In this document: piece after piece, positions 57,028 to 64,000 of the stretch
Numbering within the stretch: position 1 is the first letter of the stretch
Layout: every line of letters begins with the position of its first letter
Origin: Bugula neritina
Taxonomy: Eukaryota; Animalia; Bryozoa
Length of the DNA: 64,000 nt
Direction: 5' to 3'
NCBI GenBank assembly: GCA_964035545.1
Contig: OZ037773.1
Span: 10,135,751 to 10,199,750 of the forward strand
Notes under the pieces: model-generated
Seen by the model: the letters and a program-made list of their open reading frames with translations, nothing else
Told to the model about the DNA's origin: nothing
Databases searched by the model: none
Program-made: the position numbers and the translations under genes

Positions 57028-60007
57028 GCTGTAAGTAGACGAGAGTAAATTTAAACTGAATTAGTTTTGAAGCTGAGATGTTGACTGAATACTTGACACA
57101 TTATCTGTGCACAGAGCAACCTTGTGATGATATTTGAGTATTTGTTTTGATAAAGTCAGATAAGCTATTCAGACTGGCATATTTTGAAAGACTAAAGCAA
57201 GGTGTGACTTCGCTTATCTTAATTTTAGGTAAAGCCAGTGGATTTACTCAAATCAAAAGGGGACATATCTTTACTTGGTGCAACTCAAATACTCCAACCA
57301 ATTAATCATCAGGCTGCTTAGCCCAGCACTTGTATATCTATGCCAAGTAAATATTCTGGCCTTGCCAGGTGCTAAGAGGGTAACTCAAGTGTCAATTGTT
57401 CTGCCTGGACATCAACAATAGCGTCTTATTGTTTCAGCTAAGGAAGCCGCGAGGAAACTGATTTATTTCATGAATAAATTATTTCAGAACATCCGCAAGC
57501 AGTTTTTTAGATTACATAAGAATTGTCAGCATTGAGTGATGGATGTTGTCAAACTGATAATTGTATGACTGTCAACATTTGATTGATTAAACAGTATAAC
57601 ACTTAAATTACTTTCTTACAGATTATACTTGTAGTTCTGTAACAATATTATAAGGTTTGGGTAAAAAAATTAAATTATGACGAGCTGTAAACTAATAACA
57701 CATTTGGTGACTTGGAGATTAAAATTGTTAATCTAAAAGCACTTAATAATGTGTTAGCTGCATTGAACCCTTGCAATAAAGAATTGATGCACTAAAGCCT
57801 ACCCATAACTCATTTCTAATCAACTTGAAATAATTAAATATTTTATTAGCAGACCGTGTCTAACTTGTTTTCTAATCTCAGAAATACATTTCAGGTGCAA
57901 AGAAACTATTTTATAAATTTGGCACAGAGAAAAATAATATAACAAGAAAATAAAAATCGGGTTCAATCAACCAAATAGAATAGTATAATATACTCAAAAT
58001 CATAATTTCCACTTTTATGTCTTGAAACAACTAGCAATTATTTAGGAATTATTAAACTTGCTGCTTTCTTTTTGAAAAAATAATGCAATCAAGTCGTTTT
58101 TCCAGTTTTTCTGGCATTATGAAAAAAGCATTATTGGCAGTTTTTAGTGTTTATAACTGTTCAATTTAATTGTAATTGAAATTTAAAGTAAAATTATAGA
58201 GCTGTTATATATAAGGTTTAAAATTATTTATTAAAACATATAGAGAATAAATCATTTTTTCAGATGTAAATGGGTAAAGATGCAAGGGCGCTTGTTTTAA
58301 CAGATAATCCTTGGGGTGAAAATAAGTGGACAAGAAAGTTACCACTGATATTAGGTTATCACCTATAATACTACAAGACACTACTAAAAACTAAATTAGC
58401 ATTTCAGGCAATCAAATGACTCATGAGCAATCTATTATAAAATTGTGAATACCTACCTATAATTCTATTTTTGTCACCATTAATTTATATTCAAGCTTGC
58501 GGACTGAATGATGCGAAAATACATTATTCTTGTGGAAATGGGTTTGGGCTGACAGATTTACCAACAGCAGAAGGGTTTTGGGTGGTACCATGAGTTTAAG
58601 ATGGTATTGCAGTGTTTAAGACAATACAGAGGAACTGATGCAAGGAGGGAAGGGCCTCTAAATATTTTTACAGAGCTCGAAAATCCTGTTCAGTGCAACA
58701 GACAGCTATGCTATAAATAGAAAAAATCTCTATAAAAAGCAAACAGAATTCCAATTAGTGGGAACACTTACATATCATTCACTCTAGGATTTGCTAAAAA
58801 TTGACATATTTCATATCATAGCTTCAATATTTATAATAACCAAATAATGCAGCACAATTCATAATGCATTTTATATGCATTTAAATTTAAATACTTTAAA
58901 AATATAATAATTTACACTTGCAAATCTTGTAAGATATCATTTTGAGAAAGCTATTTGCAAGTAATGCTTTTCTGGAAGTAAATTTGTACCTCAAGCTACA
59001 GTTACAATGTGGCATAGCTTGAATACAGTTGAAAGCCACACAATAGCTTTTCTCATAGCAAGTATAGGCAGCACTGCTTTACTTTGCTCAAACCTGGAAG
59101 TGTGACACACACATGCAAATTGACTTGAGACCAAAATAATTAAGTTTTTGTGATAAATGACAGTTGTGAAGTTTGTTACGTAAATTGCAGATTGTGGGCT
59201 AATCCGGGTATCGGTAAATTATGCTAATTCAAAGTAATCATTTATACTTAGAAGGTGTTGGATAATATATTATATTGTTTCTGTTTATTTATTCAAAGCA
59301 ACTGACGTAAGTATGTAGATCACCATGCAATAAATTATATATTTTTGTGGCCTATCAACCTTCAAACTGCATTAAATATAAGATGCATAGTAAGATTTAC
59401 TTAGTTATATAGGCTTTTAGTAATTTTTAAAATATAAATTTATAATTTTCGAAAAAATTTTTTACACTTTTTAAAAGAGATTGGTTAAAAAATAAGTCAA
59501 GTTTTAATGTTTGGTTATGGAGCAATAATTACTTGAATAGGATGTAATTGACCATATTGCTAATTCTAATGCTAAACTATTTCATAAACTTTAAACAACA
59601 TTTGCAAGTAAAGACATATAGTTAGCAGCTATTTTTTATGGCTGCTAATGCTGCAATACTACTGAACTCATAATAAGATTTAGATAGTTTTTCTTGACTA
59701 CCAGCAAATGCGTGATGTCTTACATATAACTTCTCTGTGTTTTACCATGTTAACCATCACAGCTATTGCCTTTAGGAAAACATATTTACTGAAAACTGGG
59801 GCCGGTTGGAGTTTCATGTAATGAACAGTATTCGGGTTGAAGCCAACATCCTACATCGCCCACATATATCGGCCAGTTGTTTAACCATATAATCCATTGT
59901 TTAATAGATCTAACTAGTCAAATCAGTGGTTTTACCAAATGGATTTGGCAAATATTCAAACAGAAGTGAAGTCCCTCACTGCCAGCTCAATTAGCATATT
60001 TTCTTCC

Positions 60008-60014
60008 TATAAAA
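60008..60014 (+). promoter_or_regulatory. TATA box of the Gly-His-Ser-Pro repeat gene
   Basis: TATAAAA 66 nt upstream of ATGG/GTAAGT at 60074. Confidence 0.62.
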
Positions 60015-60073
60015 AGGTGTGAAATCAAGACAAAAGTACTATTGTTTAGAAAGCTGTCACCATAGATGCAAAG

Positions 60074-62552
60074 ATGGGTAAGTCGTTGTATTTTATTCAT
60101 CAACACTCTGCTAAGCAGAAGTAAATTCTTTGAAACTCATTTCTAAAATCACCTGCTATTCTGAAAGATCGTATATAATAAATACTTATGAATGTAAACT
60201 CACATGCCTCTGCAAAGCAAAGTTGATTAACTTCCGTTCATCAAAATGAGTTATAAGATAAGTGTCTACTTGATGAGCTTGCACTTTGATTTGTTTAATC
60301 TTTTTAAATTTATCTAATAAATTGCCAAAAAGTGTAGATATCATATGGCTTGTAAAAAGTGAGTTTATCTTGCTCTTCATATCTATTTCTACTATTTTTG
60401 ATTAACCAAAACATTAGGCTTATAGTTTTTTAGCCTAACACAAATAAAACAACTTGTTACTGGTATACATGTTCATTATAAATTGGCTGTTTTATGTTTT
60501 AGACAAAAGAAGTTGTGTGATCCTGGTTCTAATATTAGGTAAGTCAAGAAACTACTTTCAACTATAATAATAAAAGACATATTTTTGTACAATTATCTTT
60601 TGTAAAATCCATTTATAGTTCTGGCTATGCGTGCTGTTGTATACCTTTAGTCCTGGCTATATTTTATGTTCTACTAGGATTGGCTGTTGCTAATCAGCAG
60701 CTTTTCAGAAACAAAAGAAGGACCTATGGTGGCAGACGAAGAGGAAGTGACCGAAGCGATGACCAAAGTTTCGGCACTATAATTTTAATATGTAAGTTTA
60801 ATTTGTTGATACTTGAATGTGTTTACCCAATGAAACATGATATAGAAGTAAAACATATAAAAGTTGATTAACATAATTAACAATCAAATCACTTTTTACA
60901 ACACAGAATTTATGGTACTTTTAGCACATGGCGGTCCTGGAAGACATGGTCAGTCAGCTGCTGCTCCAGGTGGACATGGTAGCCCCGCCCAATCTCCAAG
61001 TGGACATGGTAGCCCTGCCCACTCACCAAGTGGTCATGGTAGCCCCGCCCACTCACCAAGTGGACATGGTAGCCCTGCCCAGTCACCAAGCGGACATGGT
61101 AGCCCCGCCCATTCACCAAGTAGACATGGTAGCCCCACCCATTCACCAAGTGGACATGGTAGCCCTGCCCACTCACCAAGTGGTCATGGTAGCCCCGCCC
61201 ACTTACCAAGTGGACATGGTAGCCCTGCCCAGTCACCAAGCGGACATGGTAGCCCCGCCCATTCACCAAGTGGACATGGTAGCCCCGCCCATTCACCAAG
61301 TGGACATGGTAGCCCTGCCCATTCACCAAGTGGACATGGTAGCCCTGCCCATTCACCAAGTGGTCATGGTAGTCCCGCCCACTCACCAAGTGGACATGGT
61401 AGCCCTGCCCAGTCACCAAGCGGACATGGTAGCCCTGCCCATTCACCAAGTGGACATGGTAGCCCCGCCCATTCACCAAGTGGACATGGTAGCCCTGCCC
61501 ATTCACCAAGTGGACATGGTAGCCCTGCCCACTCACCAAGTGGTCATGGTAGTCCCGCCCACTCACCAAGTGGACATGGTAGCCCTGCCCAGTCACCAAG
61601 CGGACATGGTAGCCCCGCCCATTCACCAAGTGGACATGGTAGCCCCGCCCATTCACCAAGTAGACATGGTAGCCCTGCCCACTCACCAAGTGGTCATGGT
61701 AGCCCTGCCCACTCACCAAGTGGACATGGTAGCCCCGCTCACTCACCAAGTGGACACAGAGCACCATCTCATTCGCCAAGTGGTCACGGATCACATGGAG
61801 GTCATGGTAAACCATCCCATTCACCAAGTGGTCACGGAGCACCATCTCATTCACCAAGTGGTCACGGATCACATGGAGGTCATGGTAAACCATCTCATTC
61901 ACCAAGTGGTCACGGAGCACCCTCTCATTCACCAAGTGGTCATGGAGCACCAAGAGGACATGGAGCACCATCTCATTCACCAAGTGGACACGGAGCACCA
62001 TCTCATTCACCAAGTGGACACGGATCACCCTCTCATTCACCAAGTGGGCATAGAGCACCAAGAGGTCACGGAGCACCCTCTCATTCACCAAGTGGTCACG
62101 GATCACATGGAGGTCATGGTAAACCATCTCATTCACCAAGTGGACACGGAGCACCATCTCATTCACCAAGTGGTCACGGAGCCCCATCTCATTCACCAAG
62201 TGGACACGGAGCCCCATCTCATTCACCAAGTGGACACGGAGCACCCTCTCATTCACCAAGTGGTCACGGAGCCCCATCTCATTTACCAAGTGGACACGGA
62301 GCACCCTCTCATTCACCAAGTGGACACGGAGCACCCTCTCATTCACCAAGTGGTCACGGAGCCCCATCTCATTCACCAAGTGGACACGGAGCACCATCTC
62401 ATTCACCAAGTGGTCACAGATCACATGGAGGTCATGGTAGTCCATCTCATTCACCAAATGGGCATAGAGCACCGCATGGTCATGTTTCCAGACCTCACCG
62501 TAGATACTATGGTCCAAGAAGCAAAGGCCACAGGTCTACTGGACGATACTAA
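60074..62552 (+). CDS. Secreted Gly/His/Ser/Pro decapeptide-repeat protein, ~593 aa; exons 60074..60077, 60503..60538, 60678..60791 (donor could be at 60767), 60925..62552
   Basis: MDKRSCVILVLILGLAVA signal peptide, QQLFRNKR furin-type site, (GHGSPAHSPS)26, then GHGAPSHSPS-type units, ending HVSRPHRRYYGPRSKGHRSTGRY*. Variation among repeat units is mostly synonymous in this frame; introns are phase 1. Confidence 0.88.
60972..62460 (+). repeat. Coding 30-bp tandem array: 26 GHGSPAHSPS units (60972..61751), then GHGAPSHSPS units with 18-bp inserts
   Basis: Strict 30-bp periodicity; Gln-variant units recur at 61212, 61392 and 61572 (180-bp higher-order repeat). Confidence 0.97.
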
Positions 62553-64000
62553 CCAGTGATCTCTCTATTGGATCAAACATTTTATTCAGTTGCTATATAG
62601 AGTTCGACTTTTCCAATATACTAACAACACTATTTGTCAACATGCTAGCTTTCTCATTGAAATTGTCATTAAGATTTAGCTGCTCTTGTCCTTTTGTTTT
62701 TTAGTTCTCTAATGTGTTTTGAAATGGAAAACATTGTTTTCAATGAAATGCTGTTTTGAGTGTCATTAAATAAAAGATGCTACTTTAATTAGGCTTTATG
62801 CCTTACCTTATGCATACAATATATATTATACAGCAATATATACTAGGTTCAACCTTGTATTTATATAACTTCAAAAAATATATATTAATAAAAAATTATT
62901 TAGCATATCATATGGAATTATAATACATAATAGAAAATATGTGATATGATATATATACAATATTCAATATACAATTTATAATATATAAGTTTCAATTTAC
63001 ATGTATATTACGTTTAATACGAGTATAATATAAAGTAGAACGAATTATGAAAATAATCTGTTGGACTGGCAATCTCCATAATAATTTCAAATTTTGTAAA
63101 TCACAGCACATATTTTCATATATTTAAACTCAGCAATACTTTTTATAGGAGCAGTATATTTCAAAGATCAATATTCTCTAGTTTTTAATGGCATTTGATT
63201 ATACACCATACAAAATCACTCTTTGTTTCACTAATTATATAGGAAAAGCAATAATTACTTCGCACTTTATGTTTGTTCAACAATATATATATTATTGTGT
63301 GCTGATACGTAAAAACAGCTACTCAATAACAAATATAAATATTCCCTTTATAATCATCTTGTTAGAACATTTCTCATGGCTAAGTGGCTGACTCTAGCAG
63401 CGTTACGCAGTTAGGCTTTGCTGTCAATTAGATGGAGGTTAGCATTGCACTGGTAGCATCCTGCTAGATCTTTTGCAATAAGGTTTATTCAAACTAACAT
63501 TGAGTGAAGCTTGCGTGTGAAATACTAGTATATAGATATTTATAGAAAGTCTTTCAGAGATCTTGCAAGGATGAGAGTAGCTTTGACTGCGCTGACCATT
63601 TGGATATGTTCTTCTATTAGAGAATCAAAGGAGAGCATTCTGGGTAATGTTTTATTTCTAAACTTTGCATAAATTTGACTTAAATTAAAAAATAAGTATA
63701 TTAGATCTTGCTTCCATGTTTTTGAACAATTAAAATAAAAAAAAAACAAATAATTGGAAGTTGGCATATAGGCATCTTCAAATTTATGTAGAAAAGCTTT
63801 GAGCAAAGCTGAGCTTGAAAATTGTTGAGCTACAAATAAGAACTGAGACTGTAAAAGATTTATTTTTCAAAAGCTGCTGTTTTTGTTAATGCTCTTTGTT
63901 AATAGAGTTACTATAGGTGTTAAGATAACATATCTAAGAACAGTTTTGGTTGAAAACTCATAATTGGTAATTGGATATCTGTTCAATCAACATTCTCAAC

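Noticed and set aside
60910-62559. Two additional >500-aa ORFs (another plus frame and the minus strand) over the GHSP repeat, suggesting overlapping genes
   Set aside because: A 30-bp unit lacking stops keeps several frames open. Unit variation is mostly synonymous only in the GHSP frame, which also joins the signal-peptide exons.

Overview
AT-rich, intron-containing animal DNA, most likely invertebrate; the species cannot be named from sequence alone. The ORF track misses nearly all real genes because they are built from short exons, so the gene models below were assembled by hand from GT-AG boundaries. Most of the window is a dense cluster of small secreted-protein genes with one shared architecture: a first coding exon of only ATGG, a 36-48 nt signal-peptide exon, and only phase-1 introns. 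Members: (i) family A, 7 copies at 1-21.3 kb including truncated and pseudogene copies, with a Gly/Tyr/Arg/His-rich leader, one complete and one cysteine-depleted thrombospondin type-1 repeat (TSR), mostly ending in GKK-stop; (ii) family B, 3 intact copies at 29.7-39.1 kb, with a His/Pro/Arg leader and the same TSR pair carrying properdin-like CCP...PAPxCGG cysteines; (iii) a 77-aa Trp-periodic, Thr-rich peptide gene (24.0-25.8 kb, minus strand); (iv) a 225-aa protein with Asn/His repeats, one TSR and a Tyr-x-x-His octapeptide array (43.0-44.8 kb), preceded by a related pseudogene; (v) a ~593-aa Gly-His-Ser-Pro decapeptide-repeat protein (60.1-62.6 kb). A 7-exon, probably GPI-anchored type-B carboxylesterase lies at 51.8-57.0 kb (minus strand). 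The cluster shows inverted duplications, chimeric paralogs, exon loss and a clean TATA-box deletion. A perfect 196-bp palindrome between (TA)n tracts at 24.9-25.1 kb carries a Penelope-type minimal hammerhead ribozyme motif on each strand. A hAT MITE and two SINE-like remnants are also present. The working hypothesis (inference) is a co-regulated secreted structural/adhesive toolkit locus based on His-metal and Tyr/DOPA chemistry; a surface-defence role is the alternative.
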